Assembly (NCBI GenBank): GCA_947441055.1
Contig: CANETC010000001.1
Location: 1 to 50,083, forward strand
Origin: Cytophagaceae bacterium
Lineage (GTDB): Bacteria > Bacteroidota > Bacteroidia > Cytophagales > Flexibacteraceae
DNA: 50,083 nucleotides
Direction: 5' to 3'
The notes under the pieces are model-generated. The model ran no database searches and was not told the origin of the DNA. It was given only the letters and a program-made list of their open reading frames with translations. A program made the position numbers and the translations under genes. This document shows positions 1 to 8,389 of this stretch, in pieces; the stretch's first letter is position 1, and every line of letters begins with the position of its first letter.

Positions 1-260
1 AGCAGAATCCATTCTCGATTCTGAAAACCTTCCTTGTGCCAGGGATCCTGGCCGGATTGTTTCTCAACCTCTTCCAAAACGGAGTCGGCGATGGCATTTA
101 CCTGTGTATCGGAAGTGCCTGAACAAATGATGAAATAATCGGCAATGGCGTTTTTTACATCACGGAGGTCCAGAACTGCAATGTTCTGGCCTTTTTTCTC
201 CAGCATTCCTTGCACAACGAGGTCGGCGAGCTGGCTGGAGCTGATTTCGGATTTAATCAA
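1..260 (-). CDS. rsfS: ribosomal silencing factor RsfS (iojap family); 3' end runs off the window; probable TTG start at 260
   Basis: Own translation of the minus strand from 260 gives (M)IKSEISSSQLADLVVQGMLEKKGQNIAVLDLRDVKNAIADYFIICSGTSDTQVNAIADSVLEEVEKQSGQDPWHKEGFQNREWIL, a typical RsfS pattern. An in-frame TAA at 300-302 closes the frame upstream. It is absent from the ORF track because it is edge-truncated and has no ATG. Confidence 0.75.
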   Translation of the reverse strand, partial: MIKSEISSSQLADLVVQGMLEKKGQNIAVLDLRDVKNAIADYFIICSGTSDTQVNAIADSVLEEVEKQSGQDPWHKEGFQNREWIL

Positions 261-306
261 AAGCGTAGGAAAAACTGTATTTTTGAAGCAGGTACAATAT
301 TACCTC

Positions 307-1071
307 ATGCAGAGCAATATTTCAACCAAATACAAAACAGAATTTCCTGAGCGGATTCATCTGCCAGAGTGTCAGTCAACAAACGATGAATTAATGGCTT
401 TGGCACAGTCGAAACGGGAAGAAATTCCCGAAGGCTTTGTGCTGAGCACTGATTTTCAATCGGCAGGCAGGGGCCAGCGGGGCTCCGTCTGGGTATCAGA
501 TCCGGCTTGCAACCTTTTGTTTTCCATTTATTTACGACCTCAATTTCTGGAAGCAAGGTTTGCCTTTCGTTTATCGGCTTCCATCGCCCTTGGCATTGCC
601 CTTGTTTTGGAGGAGCATTGTCCGGACCTAAAACTTAAGTGGCCCAATGACATCTTCAGCGGAAACCGGAAGATGGGTGGAATTCTGATTGAGACGGCGC
701 TGTCGGGTATGTTTGTTGACCGGGCAGTGGCCGGAATCGGATTAAATATCAACCAGGTTGGGTTGCCCGAAAATGCAGTTTCGCTTTTGGACATAACAGG
801 AAAAACCAGCGACCGGGAGGAATTGCTGAACTTAATCCGGAACTCAGTACTGAACCAGTATCAGCTGCTCCGCGATGGTGGCTGGGAAGCAATCCGATCC
901 AAATACATCGCCCGATTATACCGTCTGGCAATGCCTGCCAAATATTCCCTTCCGGATGGCAGCCGCTTTACGGCGGTGCTCAAGAGCATTGGAGAGCAGG
1001 GCGAACTAATTCTTATTTGTCAGGATGGCGAGAAGAATTTTCAGTTCAAGGAGGTGGTGTTTGAGGTGTGA
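307..1071 (+). CDS. birA: biotin--[acetyl-CoA-carboxylase] ligase (BirA, catalytic type)
   Basis: Same frame as track ORF 145..1071. The family-like sequence starts at the internal ATG at 307 (MQSNIS...). Motifs seen: QSAGRGQRGSVW, KWPNDI, GIGLNINQ. The 54 upstream codons overlap the divergent rsfS 5' end and are treated as a spurious extension. Confidence 0.85.
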   Translation: MQSNISTKYKTEFPERIHLPECQSTNDELMALAQSKREEIPEGFVLSTDFQSAGRGQRGSVWVSDPACNLLFSIYLRPQFLEARFAFRLSASIALGIALVLEEHCPDLKLKWPNDIFSGNRKMGGILIETALSGMFVDRAVAGIGLNINQVGLPENAVSLLDITGKTSDREELLNLIRNSVLNQYQLLRDGGWEAIRSKYIARLYRLAMPAKYSLPDGSRFTAVLKSIGEQGELILICQDGEKNFQFKEVVFEV

Positions 1072-1137
1072 GATGAAGTCTGAAGAAAAACAGCATTCCG
1101 CCTAATTTACCTTGGCGATTTGTCCGTATTTATTTTT

Positions 1138-1145
1138 TATTTTTG
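1138..1145 (+). promoter_or_regulatory. candidate Bacteroidota sigma-A -7 box (TATTTTTG = TAnnTTTG)
   Basis: Matches the TAnnTTTG consensus 19 nt upstream of the ATG at 1164. No other support. Confidence 0.3.
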
Positions 1146-1163
1146 CACGTAAAATAAAAAGCT

Positions 1164-1406
1164 ATGGATACCAAACTCACTTTAAAACTCGAACATGCTG
1201 TGATAGAAAAGGCGAAAGAGTATGCCAAGAAACAAAAGACCAGTCTATCCCGGCTCATCGAAAACTACCTTAATCACCTTACCAGCGAAACTGGGGATGA
1301 CAAGGAGATTACTCCCTTAGTAAAAAGCCTAAGTGGAATCCTGGATTTACCTGCGGATTTCGACCACAAGAAAGCCTACGGTGAATACCTGTCAAAGAAA
1401 TACTAA
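1164..1406 (+). CDS. small antitoxin-like protein (RHH/DUF6364-like) paired with a PIN toxin
   Basis: 80-aa ORF ending 4 nt before the PIN gene. The N-terminus KLTLKLEHAVIEKAKEYAKKQKTSLSRLIENYL shows a strand-helix-helix pattern. Confidence 0.6.
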   Translation: MDTKLTLKLEHAVIEKAKEYAKKQKTSLSRLIENYLNHLTSETGDDKEITPLVKSLSGILDLPADFDHKKAYGEYLSKKY

Positions 1407-1409
1407 GAC

Positions 1410-1820
1410 ATGCAGCGCATTTTTGTAGACACCGATATACTGCTGGATTTATTGGCCGAACGCGAACCTTTTTATGAGTTTTCGGCATGCTTGTTTTCAC
1501 AGGCTGACCGCAATTCCATAGAAATCGTAGTTTCATCTTTGTCGTTTGGCACCCTCAACTACCTGCTTTCAAAAATATATTCGGCTGAGCAGGCCAGAAT
1601 GAAATTACTGAAGTTCAAGACCCTTGTCAAAGTTTTAGCAGTAAGCGACAAAATTGTGGAACTGGCACTTTCATCTGATTTCAAGGATTTCGAAGATGCT
1701 CTTCAGTATTACACAGCCATAGAAAACAACATCAAAGTTCTTTTAACCCGCAACCTCAAAGATTTCAGAAAAGCAGAAATTACAGTATTGACTGCAGAGC
1801 AATTTCTTAAATCAAACTAA
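1410..1820 (+). CDS. PIN-domain toxin (VapC-like ribonuclease)
   Basis: Starts IFVDTDILLDLL (first PIN acidic residue). Later acidic positions occur in FKDFEDALQYYTA and LLTRNLKDF. Size (136 aa) and tight pairing with a small upstream ORF fit a type II TA module. Confidence 0.75.
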   Translation: MQRIFVDTDILLDLLAEREPFYEFSACLFSQADRNSIEIVVSSLSFGTLNYLLSKIYSAEQARMKLLKFKTLVKVLAVSDKIVELALSSDFKDFEDALQYYTAIENNIKVLLTRNLKDFRKAEITVLTAEQFLKSN

Positions 1821-1863
1821 GGTCGGTTTCCCTTCTTTTTCCATTTCATCAACCCAAATAATC

Positions 1864-2322
1864 ATGATTCCCCGCCTCCTGCTATTCCTCCTCCTCAATT
1901 TTCTGGCCCTAGGCATCGGCGGCTATTTCACCGGTGCGGGTGTGCGTTCCGATTGGTATATTAATATGGCTAAAGCACCTTGGACTCCACCGGGCTGGGT
2001 ATTCGGCTTTGCCTGGACGAGCATCATGATTTGCTTCAGTATTTACCTTGCCTTTTTGTGGAAAATCTGTGCGGATAAAAAGCGGCTGGTTTTCATGTAC
2101 AGCCTGCAGTGGATTTTGAATGTAATCTGGAATCCGTTGTTTTTCCATTTCCACCAGACCGGTCTCAGCATGGTTGACATCAGCGCACTCACCATCCTTG
2201 TTGCTTGGTTCCTTTTTCATTACCGCAATGATTTACAATGGAAATCTGCTTTGATTTTACCCTACCTGATTTGGCTGCTGATTGCCAGCTCGCTGAATGG
2301 GTTTATTGTGGTGGGGAATTGA
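1864..2322 (+). CDS. tspO: TspO/MBR family tryptophan-rich sensory protein
   Basis: 152 aa with five hydrophobic segments. Trp-rich motifs include WYINMAKAPWTPPGWVFGFAWTSIM and LNVIWNPLFF. Confidence 0.85.
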   Translation: MIPRLLLFLLLNFLALGIGGYFTGAGVRSDWYINMAKAPWTPPGWVFGFAWTSIMICFSIYLAFLWKICADKKRLVFMYSLQWILNVIWNPLFFHFHQTGLSMVDISALTILVAWFLFHYRNDLQWKSALILPYLIWLLIASSLNGFIVVGN

Positions 2323-2496
2323 GGGAATTGCAGAGGTAAATTCCATGTTTTTCCAGAATTGGTGAAGCTCAATGGAATCCCCAAAAAACACTTTTTTTAG
2401 GACAGGATTAAAACCCTTAAAATCGTTTTTTAGATTTTCGCATCCAAAAAAATGATTTTATCGCTATTTTCGCATCCAAAAAACAGTATTTAAGCC

Positions 2497-3846
2497 ATGA
2501 ATTCGCCCAAGGAAAACGGATTTTATCTGAAAAGATTGATCGATACGCACCTATTGGACTGGGCACAGACAAAGGAAAGAAAACCCCTGCTGCTCCGTGG
2601 AGCCAGGCAGGTGGGAAAGTCTTCTGCCATCCGAAATCTCTCCGGTTTTTTCGAACATTTTCTGGAAGTCAATTTTGAAATGGATGCAGATGCATACGCT
2701 GTTTTCACTACACAAAAGGATCCTTTGCTGATTATAGAAAGGCTTTCCGTATTGTACCGGATACCTGTTATAGAGGGCAAAACCTTGTTGTTCCTGGATG
2801 AAATTCAGGCCTGTCCCGAGGCCATATCCCGTCTGCGTTTCTTTTATGAAAAAATGCCTGGCCTTCATGTAGTGGCCGCTGGTTCCCTGCTGGAATTTGC
2901 CCTATCAGAAATACCTTCCTTTGGCGTAGGAAGGATTAGATCTCTTTTTATGTATCCCTTTTCGTTTGAGGAATTTCTTGCTGCTTCAGGTGAGGAAACG
3001 CTTCTTGGAATGATTAAAAAGGCAGGATCAACGGTTCCATTGGATTTGCCTTTGCACAATAAACTGGAACGCTATCTCCGGACTTTTCTTGTATTGGGCG
3101 GCATGCCCGAAGTAGTATCCGCCTATCTGCGGGGCAAATCCTTATTGGAAACGCAGGCCATTCTCGATGACCTGATTATTTCCTTCCGCAGCGATTTTGC
3201 AAAATATAAAAAAAGGGTGCCAACAGGGAGAATCAGGGAGGTGTTTGAATCGGTGGTGGCTCAGATGGGTGGTAAATTTGTTTTTGCCAAAGGGGGTAGC
3301 GGCCTTAACCTGAAACAAGTAAAAGAAGCACTCGATCTGCTCATTCTGAGCGGACTTGTTCTTCCGGTAATTCACAGCTCGGGGAACGGAATTCCTCTTG
3401 GGGCTGAAATCAATCCGAAAAAGCAAAAAATGTTGTTGCTGGATACAGGTCTATTCCAGCGTATTCTGGGTTTAAAAATTTCGGATGTGCTCATTTCAGA
3501 AGATTTTAGCGCCGTAAACAAAGGCGCTCTGGCAGAACTGTTTGTAGGACTTGAGTGGCTTAAATCACAAAATCCTTTTCATCAGGAAAACCTCTATTAC
3601 TGGTCTAAAGAGGCTGGAACCGGAAATGCCGAAATCGACTACCTGATTGATGTGGACGGGGAAGTTGTACCAATAGAAGTAAAATCTTCCGGTACGGGCT
3701 CAATGCAAAGTATGCATATATTTTTACATCAGAAGAATCGAAAGAAAGGCCTTCGAGTTTCCTTGGAAAACTTTGGAAGAACAGGCAACATAGAGATTAT
3801 TCCTCTGTATGCTTTCGGAGTAAAAATAAGGGGAGTGCAAGTCTAG
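2497..3846 (+). CDS. AAA family ATPase with DUF4143-like C-terminal domain
   Basis: Walker A GARQVGKSS and Walker B LLFLDEIQ. The C-terminal segment AEIDYLIDVDGEVVPIEVKSS looks like a restriction-endonuclease fold. Confidence 0.8.
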   Translation: MNSPKENGFYLKRLIDTHLLDWAQTKERKPLLLRGARQVGKSSAIRNLSGFFEHFLEVNFEMDADAYAVFTTQKDPLLIIERLSVLYRIPVIEGKTLLFLDEIQACPEAISRLRFFYEKMPGLHVVAAGSLLEFALSEIPSFGVGRIRSLFMYPFSFEEFLAASGEETLLGMIKKAGSTVPLDLPLHNKLERYLRTFLVLGGMPEVVSAYLRGKSLLETQAILDDLIISFRSDFAKYKKRVPTGRIREVFESVVAQMGGKFVFAKGGSGLNLKQVKEALDLLILSGLVLPVIHSSGNGIPLGAEINPKKQKMLLLDTGLFQRILGLKISDVLISEDFSAVNKGALAELFVGLEWLKSQNPFHQENLYYWSKEAGTGNAEIDYLIDVDGEVVPIEVKSSGTGSMQSMHIFLHQKNRKKGLRVSLENFGRTGNIEIIPLYAFGVKIRGVQV

Positions 3847-4028
3847 CCTTTACATAATTGCAGCATTTCTATTTTTACCAACCTGCTTTCGAAGGCATAA
3901 TTCAGAAATCAATTATTAAAAAACAGGAAAGAGACAGCCTTGCAGAACTTGCAAAGTTTGCAGACTTCCTTTCAATTTTACCCTTTTCTTTGTTTTGGAA
4001 ATGGCCTTATCAAATACCAAGGGGTAAT

Positions 4029-5429
4029 ATGATTTCAGCAGACGACATCAGGCTTCTGGTTCAGGCCGGAGAAGGCTACAACGCCGAATTCAAGAAGGCT
4101 GTTCCCACCAAGGTAAAAGATATCTCCGAAGAAGTATGCGCCTTTGCCAATGCCGCCGGCGGCACGCTGCTCATCGGTGTAGACGACCAGAACCGCCTGG
4201 TTGGAGTAAAAGTGGATAATGCCCGGCGCTCTGCACTTCAGAACAGCCTTGGCGAAATTTCCCCTCATCTTTCTTGCCACTTGGAAATGGTTGAGGTAGA
4301 TGGCAAGACCATAGCGGTTATCGAAGTACCCTCCGGTCCTAAAAAGCCCTATGTCCTTTCCGGCGCAATCTATGTGCGCATTGGGCCCAATACCCAAAAG
4401 CTCACTACGGCCGAGCAGATGCGCGACTTCTTTCAGCAGGCAGGAAAAATCTATTTTGATGAAGTGCCCTGCCGGGACTTCCTCCCGGCCAGCATGATTG
4501 ATGCCTCCTTTTTGCCCATATTCAAGGCAGAATCCGGTATCAGTGCAGGTGTGTCCGATGAGCAGCTGTTTCAGAACCTTCGGGTTTATTCCGAAGATCA
4601 GCATTTCAAGAACGGCGCAGTATTATTTTTTGGAAAGCAACCCGAAGAAATTTTGGATAAGGCCATTATCCGCTGCATTGCTTTTCAGGATAAAGACAAA
4701 CGCTTTATCATCGACGACAAGGTATTTGGTGGCAACCTATGGCAACAATACCGCCAGGGCATGCAATGGCTTCGGGGCAAACTCAACGTGCGCTACGATA
4801 TTGAAGGCCAGGGCGGCGGTCCAAGAAAAGAGTACTGGGAGATTCCGGAAACCGTTTTTAAGGAAGCCATCATCAACGCCCTTTCACACCGCGATTATTA
4901 TGAGAAAGGCGCGGTTATTCACATCGAAGTATTTCAAAACCGGGTAGAGATCAGCAATCCGGGCGGGTTGGTAAGCGCCATTTCTGAGAAAGATTTCGGC
5001 AGGAAAAGCCATTCCCGCAATCCATTGATATTTGGTCTTTTTGCGCGGATGCAGCTGGTAGAGCAGGTGGGCTCCGGCATAGGCCGCATACAGGAATTGA
5101 TGGAGAAGGCCGGGCTTCCCGAGGCTAGCTTCAGTAAGGAAGGCATGTTTACCGTAATCCTTCAGCGGCCGGATCAATCCGAAGTAGATCAGAAAGAAAC
5201 TGGTTCGGAGAAAAGTTCGGAGAAAAGTTCGGAGAAAGGTTCGGAGAAAATTCTCGAACTGTTGAGAGAGAATCCAAATATGACAATCGCTGAAATAGCA
5301 GAGGCTATATCCATCAGCACCCGCGCAGTAGAGAAAAAAATCGCCAAGTTGAAGGAAAAAGGCATCCTCATTCGCCAAGGCCCCGACCGAGGCGGTGAGT
5401 GGCAGGTAATACCCAAACCGCAGAAATAA
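4029..5429 (+). CDS. AlbA_2 ('divergent AAA'/Schlafen-like) domain protein with HATPase_c_4-like region and C-terminal wHTH
   Basis: Same frame as track ORF 3858..5429. The family-like sequence begins at the ATG at 4029 (MISADDIRLLVQAGEGYNAEFKK). Motifs: FANAAGGTLLIGVDD, AIINALSHRDY. C-terminal wHTH: ILELLRENPNMTIAEIAEAISISTRAVEKKIAKLKEKGIL. Confidence 0.7.
   Translation: MISADDIRLLVQAGEGYNAEFKKAVPTKVKDISEEVCAFANAAGGTLLIGVDDQNRLVGVKVDNARRSALQNSLGEISPHLSCHLEMVEVDGKTIAVIEVPSGPKKPYVLSGAIYVRIGPNTQKLTTAEQMRDFFQQAGKIYFDEVPCRDFLPASMIDASFLPIFKAESGISAGVSDEQLFQNLRVYSEDQHFKNGAVLFFGKQPEEILDKAIIRCIAFQDKDKRFIIDDKVFGGNLWQQYRQGMQWLRGKLNVRYDIEGQGGGPRKEYWEIPETVFKEAIINALSHRDYYEKGAVIHIEVFQNRVEISNPGGLVSAISEKDFGRKSHSRNPLIFGLFARMQLVEQVGSGIGRIQELMEKAGLPEASFSKEGMFTVILQRPDQSEVDQKETGSEKSSEKSSEKGSEKILELLRENPNMTIAEIAEAISISTRAVEKKIAKLKEKGILIRQGPDRGGEWQVIPKPQK
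5203..5250 (+). repeat. 4 x 12-nt tandem repeat (GTTCGGAGAAAA) inside the CDS, encoding an (S/G)SEK linker
   Basis: Read directly from the sequence. Three degenerate 12-mers (AGTAGGGTGAAA x2, AGTTCGGAGAAA) recur after the stop codon at 5451-5486. Confidence 0.9.
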
Positions 5430-5518
5430 GGTCTGTTTTCTCCCTCAAAAAGTAGGGTGAAAAGTAGGGTGAAAAGTTCGGAGAAAGATATGGGCTGAAT
5501 TTTCAGTATAAGGCAATT

Positions 5519-5777
5519 GTCTGGACTATGATTAAGCTGATTAAGTGATTTACGAAAAATCAAAAAATCAAGTCAATCACAGGAATCATAAAAATCAGAG
5601 TCAAGACTATGATTAAGCTGATTAATTGATTAATATGATTTTCGGATATTTATAGAATCAAGGCAATCACAGAAATCAATGTCTGGACTATGATTAGTTG
5701 ATTAATATGATTTTCGGATATTTATAAAATCAAGTCAATCACAGAAATCATAAAAATCAGAGTCTGGACAATTGATT
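5519..5777 (+). repeat. three tandem copies of an 81-bp unit plus a partial fourth; same family as the repeats at 15247-15497 and 16660-16747 but inverted
   Basis: Units start with GTCTGGACTATGATT / GTCAAGACTATGATT at 5519, 5600, 5681 and 5762. Each contains AATCACAG(A/G)AATCA. The exact 14-mer AATCACAGAAATCA is present reverse-complemented near 15331. Confidence 0.85.
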
Positions 5778-5808
5778 ACTGTGCTTTAGCAACCCTTCCT
5801 CCATGCCC

Positions 5809-5839
5809 AAAAAAAAGCCCCGTCCGGTGAGGACGAGGC
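5809..5839 (-). terminator. rho-independent terminator downstream of the 5863..6282 gene
   Basis: Minus-strand RNA reads GCCUCGUCC-UCACC-GGACGGGGC followed by UUUUUUUU: a 9-bp stem with one G.U pair. Confidence 0.6.
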
Positions 5840-5862
5840 CGTGGATTGGAAAATGAATTGGA

Positions 5863-6282
5863 TTAAGCCATGCCGGCAATTTTGGTGTTCAAAAGATCGA
5901 TCAGCTGCGCATTGAGCGCCACCGCGGCCTCAGAAACCAATATTTCCTGGGCTACTTCCACCAGAATGTCGGCTCCCCTGGTTTTATCCCGGGATTCGAA
6001 CACGTTTTTCTGGAATTCCAGGCGCAGGATGCGGGTTTCCAGTTTATCCCGTGTGTCCGAGCCTTCTACAAGACTGCCGACCACATTCTGAAGGCCAGTT
6101 AGCTCCGCATTGACTTGAATGAGACCATTGGCAATGTCTTCCCGGGAGCCCGTGAAGTTCTTGATCCTCTGGTTCAGGTTGGCAATACGAAGTTTCTCCT
6201 TGTCATTCTCTTCGACCACCCGGGCCTTAAGAGATTCGGCTACGCTTTTCAGCGTGATGCCATTGATGAATGATTGTAACAT
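5863..6282 (-). CDS. hypothetical protein, predicted helical/coiled-coil
   Basis: Track ORF 5863..6318. The ATG at 6282 (MLQSFINGITLK) is preferred. No family was recognised by eye. A terminator follows. Confidence 0.45.
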   Translation of the reverse strand: MLQSFINGITLKSVAESLKARVVEENDKEKLRIANLNQRIKNFTGSREDIANGLIQVNAELTGLQNVVGSLVEGSDTRDKLETRILRLEFQKNVFESRDKTRGADILVEVAQEILVSEAAVALNAQLIDLLNTKIAGMA

Positions 6283-6401
6283 TTTTATAAAAGCCTTTTG
6301 TTTAGTTAGGCATTGCAAATGTATGGGCTAAAAATTATATGATGCAACATTTATTTTAATTATTTTTAATTATAATATATATAAAAGCAATATAAAATAG
6401 C

Positions 6402-6421
6402 CCATATTTTTTAAAATATGG
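6402..6421 (-). terminator. AT-rich perfect hairpin (CCATATTTT-TT-AAAATATGG) after the HTH gene; terminator or operator
   Basis: 9-bp perfect inverted repeat read directly from the sequence. It is followed on the minus strand by a U-rich tract and lies between two co-directional genes. Confidence 0.3.
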
Positions 6422-6466
6422 TGATTAAAAAAATGTTAATGATATTTAGAGGTAGTTCTTAATCAA

Positions 6467-7021
6467 CTATAATGTTGTATTTTGATAGGTTTGCGATAAT
6501 TTTTGGTATTCATATTCGGAAGATTCCACTTCTGAGCGGAGCCGGATGATGCTGACCCTGATCACCGACAAAGCTTCGGGTCCGCAGATCTGCATTTCCA
6601 CTTTTTTCTCTGCAAGAAGAAAATCGATTTTTAACTTAATCAGCGGATCATGGTCCTGCTGCTTTGTCTTCCAGCTATGGCAAACCCTTTGAAATAAAGC
6701 CAGATTGGCATAGCGGATTTCGAGCGAAGCAAGCTTCTTTTCTAGGCGGTCCAGTTGGGCCTTCTTTTTTTCGATGGCATTCAGGAGTTGCGAAAGGCGC
6801 TTTTGCTGCTGGACGGGATGGGACTGTGGGGCCAGGGCCTCTTGTATAGCGCTGGCAGATTCAAACTCTATTTCCAGATTGACAAGCAGGCGTTCCAGGG
6901 AAGCGGGTATTTCCGAACGGCCCTCTAATAAAGCAATGTAATTGCGGGTAACACCGGCAAAACGGGCAAGTTGAGATTGAGTAAGGCCATAGCGTAGCCT
7001 GAAATTTTTTATCCACGACAT
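6467..7021 (-). CDS. XRE-family helix-turn-helix protein with long coiled-coil C-terminal region
   Basis: N-terminus LRYGLTQSQLARFAGVTRNYIALLEGRSEIP is a classic HTH_3 pattern. The remainder is heptad-like. Confidence 0.7.
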   Translation of the reverse strand: MSWIKNFRLRYGLTQSQLARFAGVTRNYIALLEGRSEIPASLERLLVNLEIEFESASAIQEALAPQSHPVQQQKRLSQLLNAIEKKKAQLDRLEKKLASLEIRYANLALFQRVCHSWKTKQQDHDPLIKLKIDFLLAEKKVEMQICGPEALSVIRVSIIRLRSEVESSEYEYQKLSQTYQNTTL

Positions 7022-7140
7022 GTAAATCCTTCAATAGTTAATGCGAAGGAAAATAAAATCGGGAAAAATACCAACAGCGTGTAAAAAAAATTTCGATAGA
7101 CAAGCAATGCTCAAACACCATTCATTTTAACGGCGATTGT

Positions 7141-7258
7141 TTGTTGCACATTTGAAATTTTTTGAAAATGTGCAACAGATCTTGTTGCTCTTTTTTATTT
7201 TTTTGAAAATGTGCAACAAAATTTGTTGCACAAAATAATTTTTTTTCAAAAGTGCAAC
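7141..7258. promoter_or_regulatory. operator-like array of TGTGCAACA / TTGTTGCACA half-sites
   Basis: Inverted pair TTGTTGCACATTT (7141-7153) / AAAATGTGCAACA (7165-7177). Perfect 11+1+11 palindrome TGTGCAACAAA-A-TTTGTTGCACA at 7210-7232. The direct repeat TTTTTGAAAATGTGCAACA recurs at about 41-nt spacing (starts near 7159, 7199, 7241). It sits upstream of the HTH gene in a divergent intergenic region. Confidence 0.5.
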
Positions 7259-7310
7259 AAATGGATTGGGTAGATTATTTACGAAAGCACAACGAGCTGT
7301 TCGGGTTTGA

Positions 7311-7396
7311 AAAAGTAGGGTGAAAGGTTGGGAGAAAATTCTCGAACTGTTGAGAGAGAATCCAAAATTGACAATCGAAGAAATAGAAGGCCAAAT
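7311..7396 (+). pseudogene. orphan fragment homologous to the linker plus wHTH-coding 3' part of the AlbA_2 gene (compare 5234-5304)
   Basis: GAAAGGTTGGGAGAAAATTCTCGAACTGTTGAGAGAGAATCCAAAATTGACAATCGAAGAAATAGAAGG aligns with GAAAGGTTCGGAGAAAATTCTCGAACTGTTGAGAGAGAATCCAAATATGACAATCGCTGAAATAGCAGAGG at about 90% identity by eye over about 70 nt. There is no start codon and no upstream domains. Confidence 0.6.
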
Positions 7397-7540
7397 CAAT
7401 CATAACCATATCTGTGTGAAAATAAAATTCCTTATACAAAGCACGAAATCCTTTTCCTTCAGCTTGGTTTGAATTGCTTGATCAAAAAAATATTATGAAC
7501 CTATTTCTTTCGAGTTACATTTGAATCTATCGCAAGTAAA

Positions 7541-7927
7541 ATGAAAAAACTTTACACTCTCATAAGCCTTGTTTTTATCCTTGGGTTAATTCAAACTCTA
7601 GCTGCTCAGAACACTATTTATGTTCAAGGCCACACCAAGAAGAATGGTACTTATGTCCAGCCCCATTATAAAACATCGCCCAATAATACCAAGCTGGACA
7701 ATTTCAGTACCAAGCCAAACATAAATCCCTACACAGGCCAAACAGGAACAATTGTGGTTCCACAGTCCAATTTATTTTCTCAGCCAAGCTTCACAACACC
7801 AAATTCAAATTCCTCCGATTCTGAATATGAGGATGTGGCTACCCAATGCCTTGGACTAACAAGAGCTGGGAATCAGTGCAGGCGAATGACAAAAAATGCT
7901 TCAGGTTATTGTTACCAGCATGAATAA
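7541..7927 (+). CDS. secreted hypothetical protein (signal peptide; Cys-rich C-terminal motif)
   Basis: Signal peptide MKKLYTLISLVFILGLIQTLAAQ. C-terminus QCLGLTRAGNQCRRMTKNASGYCYQH is zinc-ribbon-like. No family was recognised. Confidence 0.5.
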   Translation: MKKLYTLISLVFILGLIQTLAAQNTIYVQGHTKKNGTYVQPHYKTSPNNTKLDNFSTKPNINPYTGQTGTIVVPQSNLFSQPSFTTPNSNSSDSEYEDVATQCLGLTRAGNQCRRMTKNASGYCYQHE

Positions 7928-8342
7928 GCAAGTATTTATCAATTTATTCAGGCCTTCGCTAAAGATGGCAATTCTGGTTTTTTACCAAATCCTCAGTTCG
8001 TGCACACCGGGAAAAACAGATGATAAAAAAACCTCTCAAATTTCAACCAATATTCAAGCTCCCTTACCTGCTAATCCCCAACTTCAGCAAACTCAGCCAA
8101 GCACAGGTGTTTATTACTATTCAAATGACGATGACACAGATGAAGAGGAAGAAACCCGACCGGATGGAACCTACCCTGCAACTGTACACTATTATAACAG
8201 AAGCACAGGATATACGGCAGATTATGACCTTGAAGTTGAAGTGGTAGATGGTGAAGCCGAAACCATTTACTGGCCAAATGGTGGTTACTCAGAAATTGGG
8301 GCTGACCCAGATAAAGAATATGAGGTAGAAATTGAGGATTAA
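7920..8342 (+). CDS. hypothetical lipoprotein, acidic C-terminal half
   Basis: Same frame as track ORF 7896..8342. The internal ATG at 7920 gives MNKQVFINLFRPSLKMAILVFYQILSSC (lipobox-like) and overlaps the previous stop codon. Confidence 0.45.
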   Translation: MNKQVFINLFRPSLKMAILVFYQILSSCTPGKTDDKKTSQISTNIQAPLPANPQLQQTQPSTGVYYYSNDDDTDEEEETRPDGTYPATVHYYNRSTGYTADYDLEVEVVDGEAETIYWPNGGYSEIGADPDKEYEVEIED

Positions 8343-8389
8343 AATTTACGACTTCTTCTCAACAAAAGGATTGCAGGGGCATTATATCA

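Noticed and set aside
145-306. N-terminal 54-codon extension of birA in the ORF track
   Set aside because: The extension has no BirA-like sequence and overlaps the 5' end of the divergent rsfS gene. The internal ATG at 307 gives a normal-length catalytic BirA.
3858-4028. TTG-initiated 57-codon extension of the AlbA_2 gene
   Set aside because: The family-like sequence starts at the ATG at 4029. The extension begins 12 nt after the previous gene's stop and is hydrophobic, low-information sequence.
5519-5777. Possibility that the 81-bp tandem arrays (here and at 15247-15497) or the 87-bp array at 30824-31025 are CRISPR arrays
   Set aside because: The units are contiguous with no unique spacers, unit length is far above CRISPR repeat size, and no cas genes are present.
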